Part shown: positions 49,281-61,277 of the stretch, in pieces | Position numbering within the stretch: the stretch's first letter is position 1 | Layout of the letters: each line of letters starts with the position of its first letter | Assembly (NCBI RefSeq): GCF_018977255.1 | Contig: NW_024704742.1 | Location: 23,066,001 to 23,130,000 of the forward strand | Source: Callorhinchus milii | Lineage: Eukaryota | DNA length: 64,000 nt | Direction: 5' to 3' | Position numbers and translations under genes: made by a program | Notes under the pieces: model-generated | Databases searched by the model: none | What the model saw: only the letters and a program-made list of their open reading frames with translations | Told to the model about the DNA's origin: nothing

Positions 49281-49608
49281 AATAATAATAATCCTTGCAT
49301 TTGATGTAGTGCCTTATCATCTTCTAGACATCTCAAAGCGCTTCACAGAATATACTGTAAAGTGAATTAACCGTATGTTTTGTGGGCGAAACACGGCAGC
49401 CAATTGCACACAGCAGTGTCCCACATGCGGTTGTGGATTAAATGACCACTTTTTTTTAAAAAGGAATTATTAACCCCCCAGAAATGTGATCCGCCAATCG
49501 ACTAACAACTGGGTTCCTACTTACTGCTAGCTAAACAGAGGCGTGAGAAGTAAGGAAACTTGCTCAATGTTTCGCCCTGCCTGGAATTGAATCTTGGTCC
49601 TCTTGCTA
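49281..49608 (-). mobile_element. tRNA-derived SINE, tail-to-tail with plus-strand tails at about 49150-49290
   Basis: Family match. Confidence 0.85.
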
Positions 49609-50869
49609 CATTAAACACAATAATTAAACACAATAATTATTATTGTAATTTTAGATATTTTTGTTAACTTAACCCTCAGTTGATTGGTGTGCCCTCTTAT
49701 TTTCAGTTTGTTATTCTTCTGGGTGACCTGTTTCATACCTTTACTAGTATCACCTTTGGCTGATGCTGATAGCAACTAACAATGATACCCGTAATTGATT
49801 ATAATTTCGCCCTACCCTTTTCCCACATCCATAGGGAAATATCACAGCCTCCTCTGGGTTGGTTTGGATCAAAAACTGAAGAGAACCAAGGGTACAAAAT
49901 CTCAAATTTATAACCCTCCATGGTAATACGCATTAATGCTATAATGCTCAATGCCATGATGCTGATATCCTTATTAAGTTGACCACTGGCTTAGCACGGA
50001 TTCCAGCTGCTGGACTTCTCCTGTGCTACAATTGCAAGGAGCAAACAAAAGAGAAACAAAACAGTTTAGTTATCGCAATGAAAACTGACTTGCTTTAGAG
50101 ATGATCACATGAAGGAAACCGCATTACAATTATGGCACTGCTTTACTTATAAACAGGCCAAATTAGCATCGAGCCATGAAGAACCATGGTCAAGCTTAAG
50201 AACCCACCCACTACAGTATGCACAAAAGTTTATGTGTTTAACCTATGACCTGAATTTCATTCAGTGGCTTTTTTTCATTACATTTCATTTATTTTATGAT
50301 AAAAAAAATCAGGTATTAAATATCAGAGAGAGTTCAATCCAAAATTAAGTTTTGAAATAACTGAATCCAGACTAAAACAAATGAGGTATAGCAGATGTCA
50401 GCAGTTTCTATAAAATGCTCTGATACAAATACACAGACGGTTTTGTGACCAGCCTTTACAAGCCCTGCAAAAGCAAATTAAAAACACTCATTGTAATCAC
50501 TAAACAATTTTGAATTAACATCTGTCCACCATTATATGCTGGGAGCTGAGCCTCATTCACCGACTGGTAGGTTTCCCAGGAAACCTATCCAAGCCAGTGA
50601 ACACATACATACACCAAACAGCTCAGCTACAACCAGGCTCCATTATCTTGAATTAAGGACAATTTTTGTGCCTTGAGCCCAATGCACCAATTTGAATTCT
50701 TTTGAGATCTACCAAACTCATTTTACAAAAGGCCTCGACAGACAAAACTGGAGGTCATGAAATTCTCTTTATTAGGAAATGTGGCCAAACTCAAAACACA
50801 GATCATATAATCTGAATATCTAACCCACTCTGTCATCCAACCCCTGTTCCTTAAAATATTGCATACCCC

Positions 50870-51241
50870 CATAATAATAATAATAATCCTTGCATTTGAT
50901 GAAGCGCCTTATCATGTCTTCAAGACGTCTCAAAGCGCTTCATAGAATATATTGCAAAGTGAATTAACTATATATTTTGTGGGTGAAATGAGGCAGCCAA
51001 TTGCGCGCAGCAGTGTCCCCACAAACAGTCGTGGATTAAGTGACTAATTTTTTTTTGAAGGATTTATTACCCCCGGAAAAGCGATGCACCGATCGATTAA
51101 CAACCGGGTTCCTACTTATTGTTGGGTAAACAGAGGCATGTGGAGTAAGGAAGCTTGCCCAACGTTTCGCTTTGCCGGGAATCAAACCCAGGTCTCTCGC
51201 TTGCGAAGCAAGTGCTCCAACCACTGACCTACAGGACTCCG
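50870..51241 (-). mobile_element. Full-length tRNA-derived SINE
   Basis: Family match including the head. Confidence 0.88.
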
Positions 51242-53480
51242 CAATGAACATACAATGCCTGACTTTTTATATACAACAACAATATGCAGAAATGGCCAAA
51301 CTTGAATGCAACACATCTTAGTCATTTAGGCCAAATCAAAATCTAGCCTGTATGGTCCATATGTGCTAATGCACAGAAGTTAGACAGGAATGGCACATGA
51401 AACTTAACACGGCCAATGCCCCAGTATTTGCCAGTCTCCACTGTCTCCCCATCTCCCAAGGTTTTTATTTCAAGTTCCTCACCCTCATCTTCAAATCCAT
51501 CCATTCCCTGGCTCCTCCTTATCTCAGACCCCTCTGCTCGCCTCCTCCGCTCAGCTAACTCAGGCTTGCTGCATGTTTTCCGTCCTCTCCACCATTGGTA
51601 GTCGAACCTTCAGTTCCTATGCCCATAACCTCTGGAACGCCTTCCCTGACTATTCCATCTCACCCCCTCTCTTTCTGCCTTTAAGCCCTGGCTTAAATTC
51701 TACCTCTTTGAATGTGTCTTAGACCACTTACCCATCTCCCCGTCCCTTGCTCAACCCATAAAGTGTTCCAAGACATTAGCCTACATGAAGGGTGTTATAA
51801 TGATAACAGCAGGGTCCCACATACAGTCGTGGATTGAATGACCAATTTTTTTTTAATGGGGGATTAACACCCCTGGAAAGTGATCTGCCAATTGACTAAC
51901 AACCAGGTTCCTACTTACTGTTATATAAATGGAAGTTGTTGTTGTTATTGAATAATCTCAATGATGATGGAATGAGTGAACACAATATTCATAAAGGCAT
52001 CTGTGTCTGCAAATCTCTGGGAAGCTTTTCTGGTAATTGCTTGGATCATTAATTATTGGCTGTGGCTGGTACTATACAATCAATTAAAATTACCAAACCA
52101 TGTGCAGATTTGCTGGCAATTTGGCTCAGATGCCCAGTTTATTAGTAAATGCTTTGACATTAGGTTGTCATTGAATTATTCTGTTTTTGGTTTCAGATGC
52201 AGTTGCTTTTCCTGCAAAGATCTATTCACCCATTCGATAAATTGTCTGCAGTCTAGGCTGACACTCCAATACAGCACTGGGGGCCAACAGTCCCCCAAAT
52301 AAAGCTGGTCATTCATTTCATGGCTGTTTGTGGGACATTATTATATGCAATTGAGCTGCTGCATTCACCTACAGATGTATAGTTGCTCCACTCCCCAGTG
52401 ACTTCTTTGAAGTGCTTTGGTACATCCTCCCAACGTGAAAGGCGGTATACCAAATGCAAGGATTATTATTAAATTCAAGCAAGTCATCTCTAGTGTATGG
52501 ATTTAGAAATAGAGTCCCTCAATAAATATATCATGACAAAAACTAAATTGCCTTTTTAAAGGTTATTGATCAGTCGACTTTAGGCTTGAGCTAAATGCCG
52601 CCAGCATTTCCACACTTAAAGCAGATAAAACAGGGTCTAAAGCAAACTGCAAAACGTAGAAAAACATGTTTGTAATACAATACAAGATTCAGAGATACAC
52701 CTGCATACAGGGGAGAGAGAGGTGCCCTCACCTATGCACAGTGCCTCCTCACACAAACACATCACCAGACACACCTGCGCACATGGAGGGAAGAGTGAGC
52801 CTAGGAGAGAGTGATACATGCGCAACTGGCATGAAGGTAGGAAAACATTCACAGTGTTTCTGGGGATTATTGGATAAACACCATTTTCATTTTATTTTAA
52901 GTATCGGGGTGTTTTATCGGGGAGGGGTGGTGGTTAAAATTAAAAATCAGAAGCCCTAATTATATCTCCTAGCAGACTTGAATGCCATTTTTATATATCT
53001 TATCTAGTTCCCTCTTGGAAGCTCATACGAATCCTGCCTTGACCATCGCACCTTGTAGAGCATTCCACATCCTAACAAACCTGGCATTCTCTATGTAAAA
53101 TAAATCCTCCTAATCTCCCACCGCCCGCCCGCCTTCACTCCCTTGCTAACTGTGTAGATCTTAACCATCGGGATTCATTTAGTTAGGAAGTCATTGGTGC
53201 CCCTCAATTTTAGTACAGCAGAGTTTTAACTTAATAATAAAATAATAATCCTTGCATTTGATACAGATCTTTCATTTGTGAGGCAATCACAGGGTTTACT
53301 GTAAAGTATAATGACTGTATATTTTGTAGGCGAATGTGGCAATGAAGTTGTGCACAACAGTGTCCCAATACAATAAAACATGATTTTTTTTCTAAATGTT
53401 CAGATTGAAAAATACAAGAGGCTTATGGTACATAAATATTCATTTTCATATGGCACATCTGGTACCCATTCACAACTTAC

Positions 53481-53525
53481 CTGTGACCGAAATAGAGCAC
53501 TTATTTTTCCATCTGTTGCAGACAT
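53481..53525 (-). CDS. Probable first coding exon, MSATDGKISALFRSQ (whole exon 53481-53539)
   Basis: Strong acceptor (ttattttttcag|) and donor (CAG|GTAAGT). ATG has A at -3. Ends in phase 0. Confidence 0.6.
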
Positions 53526-54389
53526 TTTGAGGTATATAACTGAAAAAATAACAATCTTTTAGTTTATTTTGTCAGATTCACTGATGCAATGTTCACATTT
53601 TGAGGGGAGGTAAATTGGCATTGGACAGATGCAATAAAGGACGTCCTGAATAGATAGTATTAGAAGCAGTAGAGTTATAGAGTCAGAATCCCAACGTGAC
53701 TGAAGGAAAAATCTTTGCTTTCTCTGCAGTATTGCAAACTATTTGCAGTGTGCAATTCACACATTTTTCACCTCCTCCTTTCCATAAGTTAGAGCGAGAT
53801 ACATGTCATGGGTAATGGCAACCTCTGGGACCCTAACCCAACTGGTCCATGTTTCCTCATGATGCTGAGCCCAAACAGCAGGTTATTGTTGTTATCAGAG
53901 CCAGTCAAAAACACCCTCACTGCCACTGTGGACTGACCTGACTACCTGAAACAAACCTTCCTATTCCACAGCTCTCTTTACAAAGTCACTAGCGACACCA
54001 GAACATTGATCGTCAACATTTCTAGGTTCCTCAAAATACCTGCAATTGTTTTTTTTAAAAAAAACTAGTTTTAAAAAAAAACCTCGGTGTTAAACCCTGC
54101 AACCAGAGAAACAGCTTATTTGATCCCGTGTGGCAAAAGAAGCAACTTTTCTTAAAAGTTCGAACAAAACCTTTTTTTAAAAAAACACTCCGAAGAAAAG
54201 TTTTTATTTGAACTTTCTGAGAAAAACGATTCCTCAAACCTTTTGAAGAAATTACCGCTTTCTTTTCCTAAGAAAAATCATGTTGTTGTTGTTGTCATTT
54301 AAGAAAAAGATAGGAATAAAAAATAACCTCGCATGACAGAAGATGAAATGCCGATTTAGCAGGTTTTCCCCTTCCCTTAACTTTCTCAC

Positions 54390-54520
54390 TTGCAGACACA
54401 AACGCGAAGCAGGACGAGCCTGGGTCTGAAGGTGTCGTGGAAACACTCAGATCAAGTCCAGCGCCAGCCAGGCTCAGTGAGGGCTTCAGTGACGGTTTGC
54501 TGGCGGAGGCTGTGTTACCT
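54390..54520 (-). other. Candidate non-coding first exon (5' UTR) of the minus-strand gene; 5' end approximate
   Basis: Locally CpG/GC-rich and repeat-free. It ends in a donor CAA|GTGAGA at 54390/54389, lies about 0.85 kb upstream of the ATG exon, and has no ATG in the spliced portion. Confidence 0.5.
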
Positions 54521-54527
54521 GGGATGC
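54514..54527. promoter_or_regulatory. RFX X-box-like site at the putative TSS (GTTACCTGGGATGC)
   Basis: One perfect GTTACC half-site with a degenerate second half. A further GGTAAC half-site lies at about 54548. Confidence 0.35.
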
Positions 54528-54717
54528 AAGAGAGGAAGGTTTAAGTTGGTAACTAGGCTTCTTCCTTTCACAGGGTGTGAGTCAGTGATGCTGTTGCTGA
54601 GCCTGTGTCCCCGAGTTTCTCTCTGGCTCTTTTCCTGGGAGCTCCCAGTGTTACACTCCTCTGTGCTGTCACACAGGTTGCTAAGCGCAAAGATTGCGGA
54701 GGCGTCTTTACTTCTAC

Positions 54718-54925
54718 TCCCCCCACCCCCACACTCTCTCTCCTCTTTCTCTTTCTCCCCCACCCTTCTCTCTTCCCCGCTCCCCCTCTCCTCCTTTCTC
54801 TCTCTCCCCCCCCTTCTATCTCCCCCCTCCCACTCTCCCCCCCTCCCACTCTCTCTTTACCCCCCACCCTTTCTCTCTTTCCCCCTCCATTTCCCTTCTT
54901 CCCTCTCTCCTCCCCTCTCCTTGAA
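54718..54925. repeat. Polypyrimidine/polypurine (CT-rich) low-complexity tract upstream of the putative TSS
   Basis: About 200 bp almost entirely C/T with many C4-C8 runs. Confidence 0.9.
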
Positions 54926-55484
54926 GAAAGAACATGCTGGGATCATTCACACCTCTCTTCTGATATTTTAAATCATTTTTATCCTTAGAAATATGGTATA
55001 TTCCTCTCGTTACAAATCTTATTTGAAAAAAAAGTGTTTCTCTGTGTCCAAACCCACAACCTGGCTTCATATTTAGTCTAAAAAAAAACTACAGATGTAT
55101 GGAAGTGTATGTTTGATACAGTATGAGCATCCTCACCTACACCAAACTCTAGATGCCCATCACCCTGTGCCTTTCCATAATGTCACTTCTAACTCCCTTC
55201 ATACCCCCCTATCTCCCTTCTCCTATACTATGCTTCTGCTCCCCTCATAAATGCTACTATTGGTAGCCAAGCTATCAGCAACTATCCCCTCTAATTTCTG
55301 GAATTCCTGCTATCTCATCATCTTGCCCCTTCTCTAGCTGTTTAAATCCTGCCTAAAAAAACTACCTCTTTGAACGCACCTTTGATCATCTCCCATTTCC
55401 TCCTCCTCCCTTGCTTGGCATCTGACCCAGACTCTGTGAGGCACGAGACATTATCCCACATGTAGGACATTACATAAATGTTAC

Positions 55485-56138
55485 AAAAGGGTTAGAATAT
55501 AAGAGTAGGGAAGTCTTGCTGCAACTGTGTAGGGCCCTGGTAAGACCCCACCTAGAGTATTTTGTGCAGTTTTGGTCTCCTTATTTAAGAAAGGATGTAC
55601 TTGCCTTGGAGGGGGTACAACGTACTTGGAGGGGGTACAACGTAGGAAAAACTAGGTTGGTACCTGGGATGAGGGGGATGAGTTATGAGGATAGGTTGAG
55701 CAATTTAGGCCTATATTCTTTAGAATATAGAAGAATGAGAGGTGATCTTATAGAAACCTATAAGATCATTAAGGGGCACCACAGAATAAACAGTGGGAGA
55801 CTTTTTCCCCTGGTTGGAGAAACTATAACCAGGGGTCACAGTCTTAAAATTAGGAGTAAGCCCTTTCGCACTGAGTTGAGGAAAAACTTCTTCACTCGAA
55901 GGGTAACAAATTTATGGAATTCTCTACCCCAAAGGGCTGTAGGTGCTCAGTCCTTGAACATATTCAAGACTGAGATTGATAGATTTCTTGTGGATAAAGG
56001 GATTAAGGGATATGGGGATAAGGCGGGTAGGTGGAGTTAGAATAGATCAGCCATGATCTTAATGAATAGCGGGGCAGGCTTGAGGGGCCGAATGGCCTAC
56101 GTCTGCTGCTAATTCTTATGTTTTTATGTTCTTATGTT
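55485..56138 (+). mobile_element. CR1 LINE 3' fragment, relatively young
   Basis: 174-aa ORF (LVRPHLEYFVQFWSPYLRKD...RRVTNLWNSLP) and a (TTCTTATG)n-type tail. Confidence 0.95.
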
Positions 56139-56411
56139 ATGGTGTGTGTAATCTCACCATGACCCATCATACTCACCTAATCCCAGGGAGTTTGGTGCAG
56201 GTTTACAAGAGCCAACAAGGTAGATGTCAGCCTAACACAGTTGCAGCATTCTTGCCTCTGAGTCAAATAGTTGTGGGTTCAAGTCCCATGTAATAACTTT
56301 GAATTCCCAGTCTAGGTTGGCGCTCCAATGCAGTGCTGGGGTCTCGCTGTATTGTTGGAGGTGGCATCCTTCAGATGTGATGATAACTGAGGTCCCGTCT
56401 GCCTGTTCAGT

Positions 56412-56655
56412 TAATAACAATAATAATCCTTGCATCTTCTAGTCGTCTCAAAGCGCTTCACAGAATATACTGTAAAGTGAATCGACTGTATATTTGTGGG
56501 TAAAATGCGGCAGCTAAATTGCGCACAGCAGTGTCCCACAAACAGTCGTGGATTGAAGTGACCAATTTATTATTGTTTTTTTTCTTGAGAAATTATTAAC
56601 GGATGTGTAGAGTAAGGAAACTTGTCCAAGGTTTCGCCCTGCTGGGAATCGAACT
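56412..56655 (-). mobile_element. tRNA-derived SINE, partial. Further 3' fragments at about 5000, 8310, 9490, 27420, 28295, 29690, 30220, 35060, 52290, 53230, 58735 and 62305.
   Basis: Shared ...aagcgctttgagacgt...atcaaatgcaaggattatt tail. Confidence 0.8.
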
Positions 56656-56819
56656 ACTTCATTTCACTTTCGGTGAAGTGATACGGAACTATATCAAATG
56701 TAAGAATTACATTATTACACTGCAACTTGCCACGTTAAACTAAATTTTAGGTCAAGCAACTGCCTTAACACCTCTTAATTTATGCCAAGAAATTATTCTT
56801 TTGTATTATTTCCACAATT

Positions 56820-57890
56820 GGGAGCATGGATCCGAAATTAACTGGGAGACAGAAAGCAGAGAGGAGTCGTGAACGGTTGTTTTTCAAACTAGAGGGAAGT
56901 ATACAGTGGTGTCCCTTAGGGGTTGGTATTAGGACTACTGCTTTTTTTGATATATATTAATGACCTGGACCTGGGTAATAGGGAACACAATTTTAAAGTT
57001 TGCGGATGATACAAAACTTGGAAACGTAGTAAATAGTGAGAAGGATAGTGGTAGACTGCAGGAGGACATAGTGAAAAGGGCACTGGTGAAAAGGGCAGAC
57101 ACATGGCAGATGAAATTGAATGCAGAGAAGTGTGGTGTTGCATTTTGGGAGGAAGAATGAGGAGAGGCAATATAAACTAAATGGTACAATTTTAAAAGTC
57201 GTACCAGAACAGAGAGATGTTGGGGTCTTTGAAAATGGTAGAACAAGTTGATAAAGCTGTTACAAAAGCATATGAGATCCTTGGCGTTTAAATAGAAGCA
57301 TAGAGTACAAAAGGAAGGATGTTATGCTAAGTCTTTCCAAATCACTGGTTAGCCTCAGCTGGAGAATTGTGTCCAATCCTGGGCATCACACTTTAGAAAG
57401 GATGTCAAGGCCTTGGAGAGGATGCAAAGAAGATTTACCAGAATTATATCAGATATGATGACTTTAGTTATGTGGAGAGATTAAAGAAACTGGTTGTTCA
57501 CCTTAGAGCGGGTTATGGGGAGATTTAATAGAGATGTTCAAAATAATAGAGTAAATAAGGAAAAACTGTTTCCACTGGCGGGTGGGTCAGTAACTGGAAG
57601 ACACACATTTAAGATAATTGGCAAAAGAACAAGAGGGGAAATGAAGAGAATTTTTTTTTACGCAGTGAGTTGTTACAATCTGGAATGCACTGCCTGAAAA
57701 GATTGTGGTAACAGATTGACTAATAACTTTCAAAATGGAATTGGAATATATACTTGAAAAGAAAAACATTGTAAGGAATTGGGGAAAGAGCGGGGGAGTG
57801 AGACTAATTGAATAGCTCTTGCAAAGAGCTGGCACAAGCACGATGGGCCGAATGGACTCCTTCTGTGCTGTAGGATTCTATGATTCTATG
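56820..57890 (+). mobile_element. CR1 LINE fragment, degenerate RT
   Basis: SGVP*GLVLGLLLFLIYINDL, KFADDTKLG and WQMKLNAEKC, with an (ATTCTATG)n tail. Confidence 0.93.
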
Positions 57891-60229
57891 AAATCTAACT
57901 TTTCTTTTTATTCAGTGCAATTAAAGTGATTACTGCAATTTCTCCATTCCATTTCATGTTTTCTTGAATAACTGCCTCTCTCTTTCCCTTTTGCTGTACT
58001 TCTCTGGAGCAGCGTCCAATTTATTCACTTTCTGCCCAAATCAATTGAAAGCTCCACTTGTCTGGCAAATTGATTTGATAACTGTCAGAATCTATCTTGC
58101 GAACTCAAAACCATGCCCTTGTAACAGTAAACCACCATTTACTCGACCCTAGCTTAACTTGTCACTTCTGCTTAAGTCAGCATGCTGCCTATATCTTGGC
58201 CCATTTATTTATATATTAATACATATGCTTAAGTCATCTCTCTGGATAACTCATTGCTGAGCCCTTTTCCCTTGGAGCGACAAGTTAGCAGGAGTTTACT
58301 GTATTTCAGAAATGCATTTTAACTATATTTCTGTAGCAGACTTACTGAAGTCATCGTTAACCAACATTTTTGTGGTTAATAAGCTTACATGAAAGTGCCA
58401 TGCATTTTCTGCTGAAGTATGTTTTGTGTACCTTCTGCTCACTGCCGCAATACTGTTCCAATAGGGTATTTTTACAAGAATGGATTTTGATTAGTTTGTC
58501 TTTATTGGTGACTGTTGTCATAGTCATGGTAAGGAATATTGGGAATCAGAAATAACCTTTTGACGGAATGATTCATCTTCTAAAAAGATACTAAAGTGTT
58601 TGGAAGTCCTAATTGTTATTTTGGGAATGGTTTAAAATGACTGAATATTTTTATTTAAGGAAACAATTTGAAATCTTAATGTGTTGGAAGAGTACTATTT
58701 TATTTAGCAGCTAGATCCAGAAAACATACAACAATAATAATAATAATAATCCTCGCCTTTGATAGTGCCTTATCACATTATTGAGATGTCTCAAAGCATT
58801 TCATATATGTAATGTAATGTAATATGTAACAACAACAACTTGGATTTATATAGCGCCCTCATATATATATATATATATGAGACGGCTTCTCAGAGCGCTT
58901 TACAGTAACGGATCCCGGGACCGAGGGGGGGGGGGAAGGTGACCAAAGGCGCGGTTGAAAAGAAACCTGAAAGTGGAAAGGGAGGGAGTGAGCCGAAGGG
59001 AGTGAGGAAGGCAGTTCCAGAGCCTTGGGGTATAGTGGCTGAAGGCACAGTAAATTGTAAATTGGATTGATAATGCAGTATCTTTCAGTATTGTATTTGA
59101 CACCTACGATGGCTTTAAGTTTTTAAAACACAGCTCCTATTCTCTCATTTTGCAGCCGGCTACTGAATTTAAAAGTACATTCGTAGCCAAAGCTGCTCAA
59201 AAATGAACTCCACAAATTGCAGTACTGTTAGGCGACTGCTTGTAGCGCTGTCAAAGTAGTTATTAAAATTTAGTCATCTCACCAGCACCCTCAGGAGGAA
59301 CACAGTGATACTGCTGTCCTAGTCACATTCTGTCTTTGATCACATTTATTTTCTAGCCATGAAGCTTTGCAATCATTTTCTAAATGCCAAAATTGCAGTA
59401 CATACGGCAATTTCAAACTGGTTCCAAGATGACATGATGGGATGTCCCAATTGTGTCAGTCCACCGGGAAGATTTCAGTAGTCCAGTTTCTGATCCATGG
59501 GGTCTCCAGTACCCCAGGGCACTGCTAATAACAGACAAGCCAGCCTGGCTCATTGGATTTCGGAAACAGGGACTCTTCCCACATTTCCTAATGAACCCTA
59601 CAAGCCAAAGCCTGAATGGGTATGGTGGTCCTAGTTGGACAAGCAATGGGTAGTTTGCCGAGGAGTGCTCTCAATGCAAAGCTTTGCAGTTTTAGCTGGT
59701 TAAACTCCAGCAGTACTCCAACCCACAGGGAAATTTCCATGTGCAGGTGGCATACACGTGAATGTGGAACTCTCACTCTCATCTGGATATTCTTAAGCAT
59801 GGTGATCAGTTTCCCCATTACCTGGTTGGCAATACAAATAAGATCAACCCACATTTTAGAAGCACAGGCAAAATGGAGAACAATTAATATTTGTGAGAAG
59901 TCGGAAGCCTATTTCCATTTTGATCAAAGCTGTTTTCATTACAGCATGACAGATGCAAATGCTGGAAACCAAAGGATAAGGGACAAAAGCCACTACACAT
60001 GATGTAGTGCAGGAGTAGGAGATACAAAACAGCACTATTATTATTCATGGAAAGGATTTTGTATTGCCAGGAGGAAGAACATATTGAATAAATATGACCT
60101 TGTCTTATTTTTAAAAAAATTATGGATAAGATCCATTTTGTGGTTTTACTGACTTCTGTTTTGCAACAGTCATCAAAGATATTATATGCAATAAAATACT
60201 TAGGCTCATTCAATGGTCTTGTGGCTAAC

Positions 60230-60530
60230 AATAATAATAATCCTTACATTTGATACAGTGCCTTTCACATTTGCTTTTAGAGGATTGTGGCCAGGACTTG
60301 GGAAACATTCGCTTCTCTTCTTGAATAGCACCATGGTATCTTTAAAATTCACCTGAACAGACAGGAAGGGCTTAAATTTAATGTTTAATATGAAGGACAG
60401 CGCCTCCAACAATGCAACACACCACTGCATTGGAGTATCATCTTAGACAATATGAGTTCCAAATCCCGACATGGAGCTTGAACCCACAACCTTCTAACAC
60501 AGAGGCAAGAGTGCTACCAACTGAGCTAGT
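60230..60530 (-). mobile_element. Deu-domain SINE
   Basis: Reverse complement of head and Deu core. Confidence 0.75.
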
Positions 60531-60772
60531 AAGATACCAGAAAGAGCCAGAAAGAGTAAAGGCGCTGCCTAGCACACTACTAGGCTAAACTACACACAAT
60601 CTGTACTGAGTTGGTTAATATCTGCTGGTGCAGTAGTTGGGGTACTACTATTGGACTCTGGATAATGAAATGAAAATCATGTCCTGCTGACTGTTACTCA
60701 GAGATTCTTGCTGGAAGGTGTAGATTGGGTGAGGACACACTCTGCAAAGAAGCTCCTGGCAGCAAACACTGC

Positions 60773-61277
60773 CAACAACAACAACAACAACAAGATTCCA
60801 TTTATTGAGCGCCTTTCACATCGGGAGGACGTCCCAAGGCGCTGTACAGTTGGGTCAGGACCCGAGCAGGGGGGAAATGGTCAGGGTGAGGGGAGGGAAG
60901 GGAGGGAGCGAGGAGGGGGTAGAGAGTCGAGAGGGGAGCTGAAGGCACGGTCAAAGAGAAAGGTCTTGAGACCGGCCTTGAAGGAGGAAAGGGAGGAGGC
61001 AGCGAAGGCACTGGGGGATAGAGTTCCAGAGCCTAGGGGCTGAGAGGCTGAAGGCCCGGCCACCGATGGTAGGGCGGTTGGGGCGGGGGATGTGGAGCAG
61101 ACCGGAGCCAGAGGAACGGAGGGTACGGGCAGGTAGGTAGGGGGATAGTAGATCGGAGAGGTAGGAAGGAGCAAGGCCGTGAATGGCCTTGTAGGTGAGG
61201 GTGAGGATCTTGAATTTGATCCTCTGGGGGATGGGGAACCAGTGGAGCGAGGGTGGGAGTGATGTGATAACGCTCAC
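60773..61277 (-). mobile_element. L2 LINE 3' end, young, with (TTG)n tail
   Basis: LHWFPIPQRIKFKILTLTYKAIHGLAPSYLSDLL...RAFSLSAPRLWNSIP. Confidence 0.93.

Noticed and set aside
26111..52800. Further possible minus-strand exons (about 26111-26160, 36530-36555, 38450-38583, 39393-39440, 48510-48560, 49816-49875 and 52732-52800)
   Set aside because: Splice sites are plausible, but I could not place them in a unique phase-consistent chain, so they are not reported as features.
54390..54988. Long ORFs of 193 and 127 aa on the plus strand
   Set aside because: They are open because of the CT low-complexity tract, giving Pro/Leu/Ser-rich translations with no gene structure.
55516..56040. 174-aa ORF as a host gene
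   Set aside because: It is the C-terminus of a CR1 reverse transcriptase.
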